Source: a virus
Lineage: Duplodnaviria > Caudoviricetes
Length of the DNA stretch: 64,000 bases
Virus record (IMG/VR): IMGVR_UViG_3300021432_000002
Location: 124 to 64,123 of that record
Reading direction: 5' to 3' (one strand)
Part shown: one piece after another, positions 35,918 to 45,062 of the stretch
Layout: each line of letters begins with the position of its first letter
Position numbering within the stretch: position 1 is the stretch's first letter
The notes under the pieces: generated by a model
Told to the model about the DNA's origin: nothing
What the model saw: the letters and a program-made list of their open reading frames with translations, nothing else
Databases searched by the model: none
Program-made: the position numbers and the translations under genes

Positions 35918-38911
35918 TCATGCGCCCGCACTCACTCTCGCACCAGCCTTCAACTCAATCTCCCGCATTGCATCCCATGAGCGGCCCCAAGAGCCCTCGA
36001 CGCCGATCACCAAGCCTTCGGGGGCGATGGTGGGATGCTTCAGCACCTTTGACGGCGCGGACAGCACCGCATTGACTTCCTCCGCGTGTTCCGCCAGCAA
36101 CCGTTCAGGGAATCTAAACTGGAGACTGTCGTGGATTTGATTGAACATTTTATACTTGTGAGCCAGTCCCAACTTGTCGAGTTCCTTCATCCTCGCCCGC
36201 ATCTCGCAGTGCGCGATGTTCGTATGCCGATAGCTGACCGCCTCCTCTGATTGGTCCCCAGGGGGCGGCTCGTCCTCTGGCGAACGCTGCCAGCGCTTCG
36301 AGAAGTTATAGACTTCGTAGAATCGCCGCGCGAATCCCCAGTGCTTGCTGTAGTATCCTCGGTCGCCCGCGTCGTGCGCCGCTCGCCGCTCGGCTCGTTG
36401 ATAAGCGAATATCTTGGGAGCCAGCTTGCGGATCGCGGCCATGATTTCGTAGATGGTCCTCAAACCGGAGACGAATCCGACTCCCTTACAGTTCGGGCAA
36501 ATCTTCAATCCTCTGACTCCCTGAACCTTCTTGCCCCCAGAACACTCCTTGCAGGTCTGAGGCGGGAAATCCTCCATGTACCTCTCCCACATCCCTTTCT
36601 CTTGCAGACCATTCCCGATCCCAAGAGTACATCGCTTGAACTGGCCGTCACGTTTGTTCTTCCATTCGGGATTAGACTTCAGCCATTTGAAGCGGGCCAT
36701 TAGTTGCTCGTCGGACTCCTTGAGGATTTCAAATCCGTTCCATAGATTAAGAACGTGGCCGGCGAAAAAGGAGTGCATGTCCAGCCGCGCGAGACGCATC
36801 CATACGGGATCTTCGGCGAGGAAGCCGAGAGTGAGAACATGGAATGATTTATAATCCCATTCCGCCAGAATTTCCCCTTCGGGCGCCCTGACCATCGCAC
36901 GCATGGCCTTTGCAATCTCTGGCGTCGGCTTCAACTTCGGAAAATTTTGTGAGTCGGGATTTTTAGAAGTGAGCTGGCCCATGCTCGTACCAAATCCAAA
37001 CGTAGGATGGACGCAGCCGTCCGGCCCAGGCTTGAAGCCTTCGATATAAGTTCCACGCATTTTGGTGTAGCCACGATACTCGATGACCTTCAGGTAGAAC
37101 GAGTCTCCCGTCTTGTTGGCGAGGCGCCGGAGTTCCTTCTCGCCGGTGGTATCCTTCTGATTCCCCTCGTCATCCTCCTCCTTCGATTTGGGGATGGGAT
37201 GCTTCTTGGCCTTCATGTACTCAATAACCTGATTGCGCGAGTTGGGGTTGAAATCGTAGACGCGGCACCATCTCCCGACCTTAACTATCTTCAAGTTGTC
37301 GTCTGGAATGTCGAAGGCACGATGCTCGTAGTGGTACCACTCTGGGTCGTCTCCAGAATCATGGAAGCGTTCCTTCATTTGGAGCGGCATTAACTCGCCC
37401 CACGCTTCCAAGTTATTATCCACTCGCCACTTCTTTACTTCTGGAGGCTCCCCTTTATAACCCTCTTTGGGATGCACCCTACAGCACTCCCTCGGTGCCA
37501 GCCCGCTCAACTCCTTCCCTAGCGCCCCCTGCGCCAGCTTGAACTCCACATCCAGCGCCAGCCGCGCCGAGTCGTCAATCGGCACCCCGCGATCCTCCAT
37601 CGCCGCGAGCACCGGGCGGACCTCCATCACCTGCCCGACGTAGCCGATGTCGTGGTCGCCCCACAACTGGTCGCGGCGGAGCGTCTTTTCCAGCATCGTG
37701 TAGAGGCGTAACGTGGCGTCCACGTCGCAGCAGCCGTAGAATTCGATGTCGCTCGCCGCCAGATGCTTCCACGGGAACGGGAACTGCACGAAGGACGCCG
37801 CGAATTGCAGGTGCGCGGGGAGGTCCGGCTGCCAGTGGTGGAACATTTGCAGGGTGTCATGGATGACTCCACGCGGATTGAGGTCTAGCCCTTCGCGCTC
37901 CCCTGCGGCCCGGAGGACTTTGTTGTCGAAAAGCCAGACGTTGTGGCCGCATTTCACATTGGGGGTGTGGAGTACTCGGCGAGCGACTTCTCGATACTCT
38001 CCTTCCCACGATAGAGCAATCGCCATCCCTCCTCCAACTGAGAATTGAATGAGCCGGATGTTGGTATCTGTAAATCCTTCTCTAGCATCTTCGTCAAGGT
38101 TTGTAGACTCTGAAGTCTCAATGTCGTACGAAACAACAAGTCCACTATTCCCCTCAACTCGTGAAGCAAAATCTCGCGCTTCGTCAACGCTAGGATGTAC
38201 CTGATATCTGAGCTGTCCATTCCAAGTCTCCTCTTGCTCCGGGTCCACTCCCCACAGCCATCCTCCCGCACTACCATTAGGGAGCCAAATATCTGTTCCT
38301 TTGGCAATGTTCATCGCCCGCTGGAGGATGCGCGCGAACACGCCCTGGTGGGAAGCCTTGCCGCGACGCAAGAACGCAGGATGGAAGTCTCCTATGACCG
38401 GAATCTCTGGATGAAGGGAAGTAACCGTACCGATATTCCCGCCATACGAGATGCGACTCTGAAGGGGGAGGACATATCCCGCCAGATGCGAGATGCCCTG
38501 CGCGTCCCCCGCCATGCCCGTCAATTCCCTGAGTGCGACCCCACCGAGCGCCACGATACACCTCGGCCTGCGCTCGGCTATCGCGGCGTCGAGGTTCGGG
38601 CGGCAGTGATTAATCATAGAGTACTCATGCGGAGCGCCTTCGAGCCAGTTCCGGCGAGGACGGCAGCGGACCACGTTAGTCACTGAGAGGGTTTGGCGGT
38701 CAATCCCCATTCTCCGTAGCACTCGTTCAAAAACGGAACCCGCAGGCGCGTAGGGGCGCAGCGGTAGCTGGTCACGCGCTTCCATCTCCCCGCTTGCTTC
38801 CGCGACAACCAGCACGCCGGATGAGCCCGTACCTTCTATCTGCGAGAAGTCCGTGCCCATATCGCGGCCTACGCAGCCGTTACAGGAATTAGGTTTTGCT
38901 CTTTGACTCAC
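35918..38911 (-). CDS. Family A DNA polymerase with N-terminal family-4 uracil-DNA glycosylase domain, 3'-5' exonuclease and Zn-finger insertion
   Basis: UDG: CxxC, VAEASG, TNVVRCRP, FHPAF; exonuclease: YDIET, GHN..FD, YG..D; polymerase: WDYKSFH, KRCTLGIGNG, QIHDS. Confidence 0.9.
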   Translation of the reverse strand: MSQRAKPNSCNGCVGRDMGTDFSQIEGTGSSGVLVVAEASGEMEARDQLPLRPYAPAGSVFERVLRRMGIDRQTLSVTNVVRCRPRRNWLEGAPHEYSMINHCRPNLDAAIAERRPRCIVALGGVALRELTGMAGDAQGISHLAGYVLPLQSRISYGGNIGTVTSLHPEIPVIGDFHPAFLRRGKASHQGVFARILQRAMNIAKGTDIWLPNGSAGGWLWGVDPEQEETWNGQLRYQVHPSVDEARDFASRVEGNSGLVVSYDIETSESTNLDEDAREGFTDTNIRLIQFSVGGGMAIALSWEGEYREVARRVLHTPNVKCGHNVWLFDNKVLRAAGEREGLDLNPRGVIHDTLQMFHHWQPDLPAHLQFAASFVQFPFPWKHLAASDIEFYGCCDVDATLRLYTMLEKTLRRDQLWGDHDIGYVGQVMEVRPVLAAMEDRGVPIDDSARLALDVEFKLAQGALGKELSGLAPRECCRVHPKEGYKGEPPEVKKWRVDNNLEAWGELMPLQMKERFHDSGDDPEWYHYEHRAFDIPDDNLKIVKVGRWCRVYDFNPNSRNQVIEYMKAKKHPIPKSKEEDDEGNQKDTTGEKELRRLANKTGDSFYLKVIEYRGYTKMRGTYIEGFKPGPDGCVHPTFGFGTSMGQLTSKNPDSQNFPKLKPTPEIAKAMRAMVRAPEGEILAEWDYKSFHVLTLGFLAEDPVWMRLARLDMHSFFAGHVLNLWNGFEILKESDEQLMARFKWLKSNPEWKNKRDGQFKRCTLGIGNGLQEKGMWERYMEDFPPQTCKECSGGKKVQGVRGLKICPNCKGVGFVSGLRTIYEIMAAIRKLAPKIFAYQRAERRAAHDAGDRGYYSKHWGFARRFYEVYNFSKRWQRSPEDEPPPGDQSEEAVSYRHTNIAHCEMRARMKELDKLGLAHKYKMFNQIHDSLQFRFPERLLAEHAEEVNAVLSAPSKVLKHPTIAPEGLVIGVEGSWGRSWDAMREIELKAGARVSAGA

Positions 38912-39083
38912 TGAGCCTCCGAAAACTCATTGAGCGAACAAGTTTGAGCGGGACACTTCCGGCATTGCGTAGAGCTACTCCTCCGCTATAGTGATACTCG
39001 AAAATGTCGTCCAACTTTCTGCCGTCGCGCAGGATGAGAAAAACGTGCGCGCCCTTGCGATAGTGAGTATGTGGCGTCCTCAC
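38889..39083 (-). CDS. Hypothetical protein
   Basis: GTGA coupling. Confidence 0.5.
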   Translation of the reverse strand: MRTPHTHYRKGAHVFLILRDGRKLDDIFEYHYSGGVALRNAGSVPLKLVRSMSFRRLSESKSKT

Positions 39084-39364
39084 GATGGCTTCCCGCCCTT
39101 CGTGTTCGACAGCGCATCCAGCAGCTCCTCACTCTCGGGATTCCTGAGACACAGGAAATCCTCCAAGTAGGCTTCCGGCCTCTCCGTGTTCACGGGAATC
39201 AGCACGCTCAGTTGAATGACCGGAGGCGTCTTGCCGGAGGGAGTCTCGATCCCGCCGTCCGTCACGCGCACGACTTGGAACACTATCTTCTTTTGTACCT
39301 CAGGGGGAATGTCCCAGCGCACGATGTCGTTTTCCTTGATGACGTTGCCGATGCGGTCGCGCAT
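39080..39364 (-). CDS. Hypothetical protein (YopX-like DxxGxxIxEnDIV start)
   Basis: RBS GGAGGA; MRDRIGNVIKENDIV. Confidence 0.6.
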   Translation of the reverse strand: MRDRIGNVIKENDIVRWDIPPEVQKKIVFQVVRVTDGGIETPSGKTPPVIQLSVLIPVNTERPEAYLEDFLCLRNPESEELLDALSNTKGGKPS

Positions 39365-39367
39365 GTT

Positions 39368-39628
39368 CTAGTCCTCCGAGTAGGCTTCAGGATAACGACG
39401 TCGCGCTTCCGCTAATCCCTTCGCCGCCGAGCCGAGCTGCTTCGCTAGCAGCGTCTCCACGCGATGCTTGATTTCATCGCTGGCCCTCATGTTGAGCGCG
39501 GCCTGCAACCGCGCGGCCTCCGCGACTGGCCCCCACTCCGTCATAATGACCGGCTTCGCGTCCTTGTGGCCGAGGAGGAAGGAGCGGATGCGGGAGCGAA
39601 ATCCTTTGAGGTTCATTTCTGCCTCCAT
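39368..39628 (-). CDS. Hypothetical protein
   Basis: Fits operon spacing. Confidence 0.55.
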   Translation of the reverse strand: MEAEMNLKGFRSRIRSFLLGHKDAKPVIMTEWGPVAEAARLQAALNMRASDEIKHRVETLLAKQLGSAAKGLAEARRRYPEAYSED

Positions 39629-39849
39629 GCATTAGTCTGAGTCTCGCAGAAATCAGCAATGACACGTAGACATCCAGGATCGTAGAGAGTCTCCTGAGAT
39701 GGAAAGAAGCAATACTTGCGCCACGCTCCATGAAACTTTACTTGTCCGAGCACACTTCCACCTGTAGAGGGAGCCACATACCACGTATCAGTCTTTCGGT
39801 CAGGCGGACGAGTAAGTAATTGAAATTGTATAAATGCGCTCATAACCAT
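39613..39849 (-). CDS. Conserved small phage protein
   Basis: LG.V.F...WRKYCFFP...T.Y...CL..I..F pattern. Confidence 0.6.
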   Translation of the reverse strand: MVMSAFIQFQLLTRPPDRKTDTWYVAPSTGGSVLGQVKFHGAWRKYCFFPSQETLYDPGCLRVIADFCETQTNAWRQK

Positions 39850-41174
39850 CTCCTGACTCTCTCATCCATCTTGACCTGCCTGACGAACGAATCCTTGTTG
39901 ATGACCACTCGCAGGCCCTCCAACGTGCGGCATCGGCTGAGGGCGACGTAGGCCATGGCGTTCCCTGAGAAGAACCTGTCGCGCATATCGACTTGCACGC
40001 GGTCCAAGCTGAGTCCTTGGCTCTTATGCACGGTACTCGCGTACGCGAGCCGCATCGGGAAGTATCTGACCTGCCCCGTCACATACCGCTTGTCCTTCGG
40101 GCGATAGTGTGGCCGCGGAAGCCAGCCCTCCCCGGCCAGCTCGCTTACCTCGTCGCCATGCCAGCCGGAAGGCTCGTCGTCCTGTGCCACTTCGCGGATT
40201 ATCCTGCCGACCGTCACGACCTTGCCCGTGCGAACGAGTTCGATGTCGAAGGTCTGCGCTTCGGCGTTCCATTGCCGGACGTAGCCGCAGTCCCCGTTCA
40301 CCATGCTGAAGTCCCGTGTGTTGGAGAGAATCATCACGTACGCGCCGATCTTCATCTCCATGCTTGGCGGTATGCCCCACTCGTGCGTCCGCTTGTTCTC
40401 GCCCCACTCGGATCGCTGCTGGCCCCAGCGCTCGCTCGTCACCTTGAACGACTGGCCGAGCACTCCCTTCAATACCTCGGCGTTGTGCCGCGATACCATG
40501 TCATTCTTGGGGAGGATGGTCGTCCCGTCGAACTCCACCACGCGAGCGGAATTCCATTTCATCCCCGCCGCGGTGAGCACTTCCGCGCACGCGCCGCCGT
40601 CGCCCATGCGCGCGTGATTGAGCGCGTCTAGGAATGGGCCTTCGCCCTGGCGCCACACCTTGTCCATTCGCACCGTATTGGAAGCGAACTCCGGCCAGCA
40701 CGCGGCAGTGAAGGCCCATTCGCCCTTCACGGGAGGGAGCTGCGCGAAGTCGCCGACGAGCAGGATGCCCATCGGCTGCTTGATGTCCGAGTAGCGGTTG
40801 GCCTCCTGCGTCGCGCGGTACAGGTAATCCAACTGAGGCTCCTCTAGCATGCTGGCTTCCTCGACGAGGAACCATTTCTTTTTGAGGGCAATTTTGTGGA
40901 GCGCGCGGGTGAGATGGCCGGAGAGGAACGCGTCGCGCATGCTCAAGGTGTCGAAGTAGCGGAGTGTGCTGTTCAGAGTCACGGCTCCGAGATTCACGCT
41001 TGCAATTCCAGTCGTGGCGGTGACGCAAGCCCACGACTCGTCCTTCTGGGCCTGCTCCATGACCCAGAAGGACTTCCCCGTGCCTGCGCGTCCGGTCCTG
41101 AACGCACAGGGGACCGGACGCTCCTCACTTAGCTCTTGGACTTCGTTGGAGACGAGTTGGGTGTCGTCGGACAT
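39840..41174 (-). CDS. Pif1/RecD-like SF1B DNA helicase
   Basis: GRAGTGKS, EEASM, GDFAQLPPV, VNGD.G, LAYASTVHKSQG, YVALSR. Confidence 0.9.
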   Translation of the reverse strand: MSDDTQLVSNEVQELSEERPVPCAFRTGRAGTGKSFWVMEQAQKDESWACVTATTGIASVNLGAVTLNSTLRYFDTLSMRDAFLSGHLTRALHKIALKKKWFLVEEASMLEEPQLDYLYRATQEANRYSDIKQPMGILLVGDFAQLPPVKGEWAFTAACWPEFASNTVRMDKVWRQGEGPFLDALNHARMGDGGACAEVLTAAGMKWNSARVVEFDGTTILPKNDMVSRHNAEVLKGVLGQSFKVTSERWGQQRSEWGENKRTHEWGIPPSMEMKIGAYVMILSNTRDFSMVNGDCGYVRQWNAEAQTFDIELVRTGKVVTVGRIIREVAQDDEPSGWHGDEVSELAGEGWLPRPHYRPKDKRYVTGQVRYFPMRLAYASTVHKSQGLSLDRVQVDMRDRFFSGNAMAYVALSRCRTLEGLRVVINKDSFVRQVKMDERVRRWL

Positions 41175-41377
41175 TCTAGTTGTATTGCCCTCGCGTTGTT
41201 CCAATCCCAAATAATCTCGGTAACTGCATCTAGCATTATTCCTCGATACATCCGTGTCAGAAGTGCGGCCTGCTCCGCGTACTTGGGGTTGTTAGCTTCG
41301 TACTTCGCGCTGAGCACTTTACTGACGATATTATCCGCAAGGGAATGAACATCGTCAGCGGTTAGCAAGTGCTTCAT
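41129..41377 (-). CDS. Hypothetical protein
   Basis: ATGA coupling. Confidence 0.5.
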   Translation of the reverse strand: MKHLLTADDVHSLADNIVSKVLSAKYEANNPKYAEQAALLTRMYRGIMLDAVTEIIWDWNNARAIQLECPTTPNSSPTKSKS

Positions 41378-41652
41378 GCCTGCGCCAGCGAGCCCCCCGC
41401 CGCCGGAACAGCTACCGCCGAGCCTGTGCTAGCCGTCTTCGCCGCGTTGTCCGCCGCAATCTGCTGCCTCGTCCTTCGCTTCTTCCTCGGCGTGGCCGCC
41501 GCGCGGTTCTGACTCTTCGTCGCCGCCTCGTACTCCTCCATCCTCTTCTGCATCACTTCCTCGACCAACTGGAACGTCACTCGCGCTTCGTCCAGTTGGG
41601 CTTCGCGGAAGAACGTCACTACCCGCTGCAATGCCGAACCCCTCGTCGCCAT
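41374..41652 (-). CDS. Hypothetical protein with basic PRKKRRTR patch
   Basis: RBS GGAGAGG. Confidence 0.6.
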   Translation of the reverse strand: MATRGSALQRVVTFFREAQLDEARVTFQLVEEVMQKRMEEYEAATKSQNRAAATPRKKRRTRQQIAADNAAKTASTGSAVAVPAAGGSLAQA

Positions 41653-41777
41653 GATACACCTCTCCTTCATGTGATTTGACTTCGGAAGATTTCGCCGAAT
41701 CCCACCTCCGCTCGGCTAACACGGTCCTAGCCCTACTGGTGGTGGACAGCGTTTGCCCAAACGCCGCCGTTCCGCGT

Positions 41778-42587
41778 CTACTTCAACTCATGCAGGTGCA
41801 GGAATCGCGTCACGATGGCCCGCGCGCGCGAGTACCCGTGCGCCGGATTGACCGCACATTTCAACTCCGGCGAGAACAACTGCCCCGCCTTGCGCTTCGC
41901 GGAGTCCTGCTCCTGCGGGAAGTGGTGCATCCCAGTCGTGCGGGTCGGGTAGCCGTCCTTGTAGTCGTTGGCCTTGGCAATCTCGCCGCATTTCCCGCAG
42001 GACGCCTCCCATTGCAACTCGCCGCCGATTTCCGGCTCGGTCGCTAGCACCTTGATGAGCAGGTCCATCCAGCCCTTCTGGTCGAGCTTCACGCCCTCGG
42101 CGTAGGACTTCTGGCCGTCCGGCTTTTTAATCCGGTGCAGGATGGTCGTGACCTGCGTGCTCTTGTCCCTTTGTAACCGAGTGTTGGCGCCGCCGCCGAA
42201 CGCCGGGTACACGACAATTCCGTCGTACTTGCCCGTAGGGTCGATGATGGAGCAGGAGATCCCGGTCTGGTAGTACGGGCTTCCGCCCTTCTTGCCCGGA
42301 ACCGTCTTGTACGGCTTCCGCTCGTCCGTCCCGTCCTGTTTCACCCCCTCATGCTTCAACTTGAGGCGATACTTCCCGTCCAGCGGCGGTGCCGGCTGCG
42401 CGTAAGCATCTCCTTCCACATTGGCTTCGAGCGTCTCGGAGATGAGCCTGGGGTCGTTCTCGTCCACCACGTCCTGAACGTCTGTCGAAGGCGCTGCCGT
42501 GGTCTGACCGTTCGGCTTCGCTTCCTCCGGTGCTGCGGTTCCTGAACTGCCTGCTCCCTGCGTGGGAGCCCAAGGTGCGTTTCCCAT
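41778..42587 (-). CDS. Putative ssDNA-binding/recombination protein
   Basis: PPLDGKYRLKL motif; directly downstream of the Sak4-like ATPase; RBS AGGAGG. Confidence 0.45.
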   Translation of the reverse strand: MGNAPWAPTQGAGSSGTAAPEEAKPNGQTTAAPSTDVQDVVDENDPRLISETLEANVEGDAYAQPAPPLDGKYRLKLKHEGVKQDGTDERKPYKTVPGKKGGSPYYQTGISCSIIDPTGKYDGIVVYPAFGGGANTRLQRDKSTQVTTILHRIKKPDGQKSYAEGVKLDQKGWMDLLIKVLATEPEIGGELQWEASCGKCGEIAKANDYKDGYPTRTTGMHHFPQEQDSAKRKAGQLFSPELKCAVNPAHGYSRARAIVTRFLHLHELK

Positions 42588-42634
42588 GATGATTTACTTC
42601 CTCCTTTTGATTTGTGATGCTTCCTTCTGTCTGA

Positions 42635-43678
42635 CTACTTGGAACTCGTTGCGGCCCTGCCGAGCTTGGCGTCCATGCGCTCGCGCCACCCTTTGAGTTG
42701 GTCCCCCTGCCGCGCGCCCAACTCGTCCACCACATCGAGGAACGTGCCGAAGCCTTCCAGCACTTCCTCGCCCTTGATGACTGGCTCGAAGTAGCCTCCT
42801 GGGAACCTTTTCAGGAGGGCGCCGACCTGCTCCGGCGTCACTCTGGCCTTCGCCGGGAACGGTATCCCCGACGATGGATCGAGATGCTTCTTGAAGTAGA
42901 ACCGGACGGTGACATCCACCACGTCCTGCTCAATCGTTTTCGATGGGTCAGACGGGTCGGGAACCTGCTCCTTCTTGACCACCGGATAATCCTGCCCGTG
43001 GATGAGGTCCCCGACCCATGCGCCACAGTCCCGTGTCCCCTTCTTGCCCGCGATCGCGGGGCCGAAGGTCGTGGAGCGGTCGTCGTCCTCGGTCTTGCTT
43101 TCGAGCGCCGTGTAGAGGACGTACTCGACCGGGAGGGAGTTGAAATTCATCACCAAGCCATAGAGAAAGTTCTGAACGAAGCCATAATCGCCGCGGGTGT
43201 TCGAGCCGAACGACTGCGCCTGCCACTCGCCCATCACCTTGACTGCGGCACTGAAGGCCATGTTCGAGCCAGGCTTCTTCCTGTCCTCTCCGCCAACGCT
43301 AATCCCTTGATCGGGCAGGTAGCGCATGACCACTTGGGAGATGGAGGACCAGCCCTCGACCGCGATGCCGCCGATGAGGTTGTAGTCCATCGGCGTGAGA
43401 CTGATTTCGGCGGGGTCCGTTTCGAGCGGATTCTCCGGCCAGTAGCCTTGCGATATCTTCCTTAGCAGGACGAGCGGCAGATTGGCAACCTCACACCGAT
43501 ACGGGAGTATCATCCCCGCGTTCACCTCGGGAACGCAGGGGTCCCATCCGCCGCCGTCGGTCGAGAGCAGGAGCGTGGCCTTGCCAGTCTTGCGCGCGAT
43601 GTAGCGGGCGAAGTCCTTCACTTGGGAAGTTTTTCGGTTGCCGGTTGGTGTATAAATGCACCCGCTCCTAGCCATCAA
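42635..43678 (-). CDS. Sak4/AAA_24-like P-loop ATPase (annealase)
   Basis: IYTPTGNRKTS Walker A variant, IAVEGWSSI, DYG, VLYTALE, GPAIAGKK. Confidence 0.65.
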   Translation of the reverse strand: MMARSGCIYTPTGNRKTSQVKDFARYIARKTGKATLLLSTDGGGWDPCVPEVNAGMILPYRCEVANLPLVLLRKISQGYWPENPLETDPAEISLTPMDYNLIGGIAVEGWSSISQVVMRYLPDQGISVGGEDRKKPGSNMAFSAAVKVMGEWQAQSFGSNTRGDYGFVQNFLYGLVMNFNSLPVEYVLYTALESKTEDDDRSTTFGPAIAGKKGTRDCGAWVGDLIHGQDYPVVKKEQVPDPSDPSKTIEQDVVDVTVRFYFKKHLDPSSGIPFPAKARVTPEQVGALLKRFPGGYFEPVIKGEEVLEGFGTFLDVVDELGARQGDQLKGWRERMDAKLGRAATSSK

Positions 43679-43889
43679 TCGTCTCCATTTCCGTCAGATA
43701 CTCAGTTATCACCTTGTCAGGAATGGGAACCTCGACCTGCGGACGGGGTTCATAAGGCAGGTGCTCAGGACTACGGAACGTCAGGACGTTCCGGCCCTTG
43801 ACGAAACGGTTCTCACTCTCGCTGGAGAGCCGGACCCATTCCTCTGGCCCCTCGTAGATGAGCACCCGGACTCGGCGCACTCTAGCCAC
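43668..43889 (-). CDS. Hypothetical protein
   Basis: VLIYEGPEEWV motif; overlapping starts and stops. Confidence 0.55.
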   Translation of the reverse strand: MARVRRVRVLIYEGPEEWVRLSSESENRFVKGRNVLTFRSPEHLPYEPRPQVEVPIPDKVITEYLTEMETIDG

Positions 43890-44085
43890 GCGCCACCTTC
43901 GCCTTCGGGACGACGATTAGGCTCATCTCCAACTCATCGTCCAGCTTGAGCGCGTCCACGTTCGGCACCGTGAAGTCCGAATACATCGGCGCGGTGGACT
44001 CGTTTATTTTGATGGTCACGCGCTCCAGACCATCCGTGTAGGACTTCCCTGACTCCAACTTCGTCACTCTGCCTGTCAGCTTCAT
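43882..44085 (-). CDS. Small OB-like hypothetical protein
   Basis: RBS AGGAGG; MKLTGRVTKL. Confidence 0.6.
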   Translation of the reverse strand: MKLTGRVTKLESGKSYTDGLERVTIKINESTAPMYSDFTVPNVDALKLDDELEMSLIVVPKAKVARG

Positions 44086-44104
44086 GGCTGGCCTCCTCCT
44101 TCAA

Positions 44105-44641
44105 TCAATCCGCCTGCGCGCCCATCGCACCATACTGTTCGGCAACAAATTCAGAATTATCCTTGTAAGGACACAACTCCATTATTTCGACCAATTCCCA
44201 CATCCACCGGAGCAGGGACTCCCAGTGTTGCTGCTGTTTCTCCTGGTTCCATGTAGAAGGAATCACCAGTGACGGCTTCTTATACCAGTGCGTTACCACC
44301 ATCCCGGTCCATTCCTTCCAGTTAGAGTTTTGCATCTTAGGCCCACGTCCGAGATGATTATGCCTCATCGCATGATGCCGCACACAAAGCCATATCACCT
44401 CCAAAGGCTTTTTATAATCATCGTGATGCGCTTCTGCTCTTGGGTTCCCACATACTTCGCAAGGCTTCTTTGTGAGTTCACCTTTTCGCAGCGCTCTTGA
44501 TACCAAATACGCAGCCTTCCGTCTACGCTCCAAGTGACTTTTTCTTTTTGTTGGCACGCTCTTTGCTCCAGTACGGGCTTCGGCAGTTTGCACAGCGTAC
44601 TGGCGCAGCCCCATCCTTGCGGGGAGTCCACTCATGTCCAC
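44105..44641 (-). CDS. Zn-finger HNH-like protein fused to a C-terminal hypothetical domain
   Basis: CEVCG....EAHHDDYKKPLEVIWLC..HH...H. Confidence 0.65.
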   Translation of the reverse strand: MDMSGLPARMGLRQYAVQTAEARTGAKSVPTKRKSHLERRRKAAYLVSRALRKGELTKKPCEVCGNPRAEAHHDDYKKPLEVIWLCVRHHAMRHNHLGRGPKMQNSNWKEWTGMVVTHWYKKPSLVIPSTWNQEKQQQHWESLLRWMWELVEIMELCPYKDNSEFVAEQYGAMGAQAD

Positions 44642-44721
44642 ACCTCCGGCACCTCAGCTTTGGTAGCCTTACAGTTGCGGTCGCCATTTAGGGTATCCAC
44701 ATAAGTAAGTCAGCGTTGCGA

Positions 44722-44750
44722 ATCCTCTCACGGAGCGTAAAACTTGTCAA
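44722..44750 (-). promoter_or_regulatory. Sigma70-type promoter
   Basis: TTGACA-17-GAGGAT with extended TG; A-rich upstream. Confidence 0.55.
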
Positions 44751-44837
44751 GCCTTATTTTCAACTTTCTTCAAAAACCTCCGCCACCAGAAACACCTGAC
44801 CGTGAGCGTCCCTATCGCCTCCCCAGCGACCACCAGA

Positions 44838-45062
44838 TTAATGACCTGCCGCTTGAGGTACTTCTTTCTCGGCTTTCGCATGGGCCACTCTCGGGAAGAG
44901 TACTTGGGCAATCTCGTACTTCATGGCCTCCATGAAATGCTCGACGCGGCGACAGTCCTCGGGCGACGTACCCAAATCATTTACGCCTAGTTCCGGAAGC
45001 AGCCTCGCTGCTCTGCCCGCCTCCATGAATCGCGTGACGAACGCTCCCTTGAGACGAATCAT
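44838..45062 (-). CDS. Hypothetical protein
   Basis: ATGA coupling; RBS GGAAGG. Confidence 0.55.
   Translation of the reverse strand: MIRLKGAFVTRFMEAGRAARLLPELGVNDLGTSPEDCRRVEHFMEAMKYEIAQVLFPRVAHAKAEKEVPQAAGH

Noticed and set aside
35918-38911. T7-like RNA polymerase or Z-genome DpoZ
   Set aside because: IHDS and KR resemble T7 RNAP, but the intact 3'-5' exonuclease and UDG domains indicate a DNA polymerase; no purZ or other base-modification genes were seen
41670-41778. Possible ncRNA/tRNA in the intergenic gap (hairpin GACAGCGTTTGCCCAAACGCCGCC)
   Set aside because: Only simple hairpins; no cloverleaf or recognisable family
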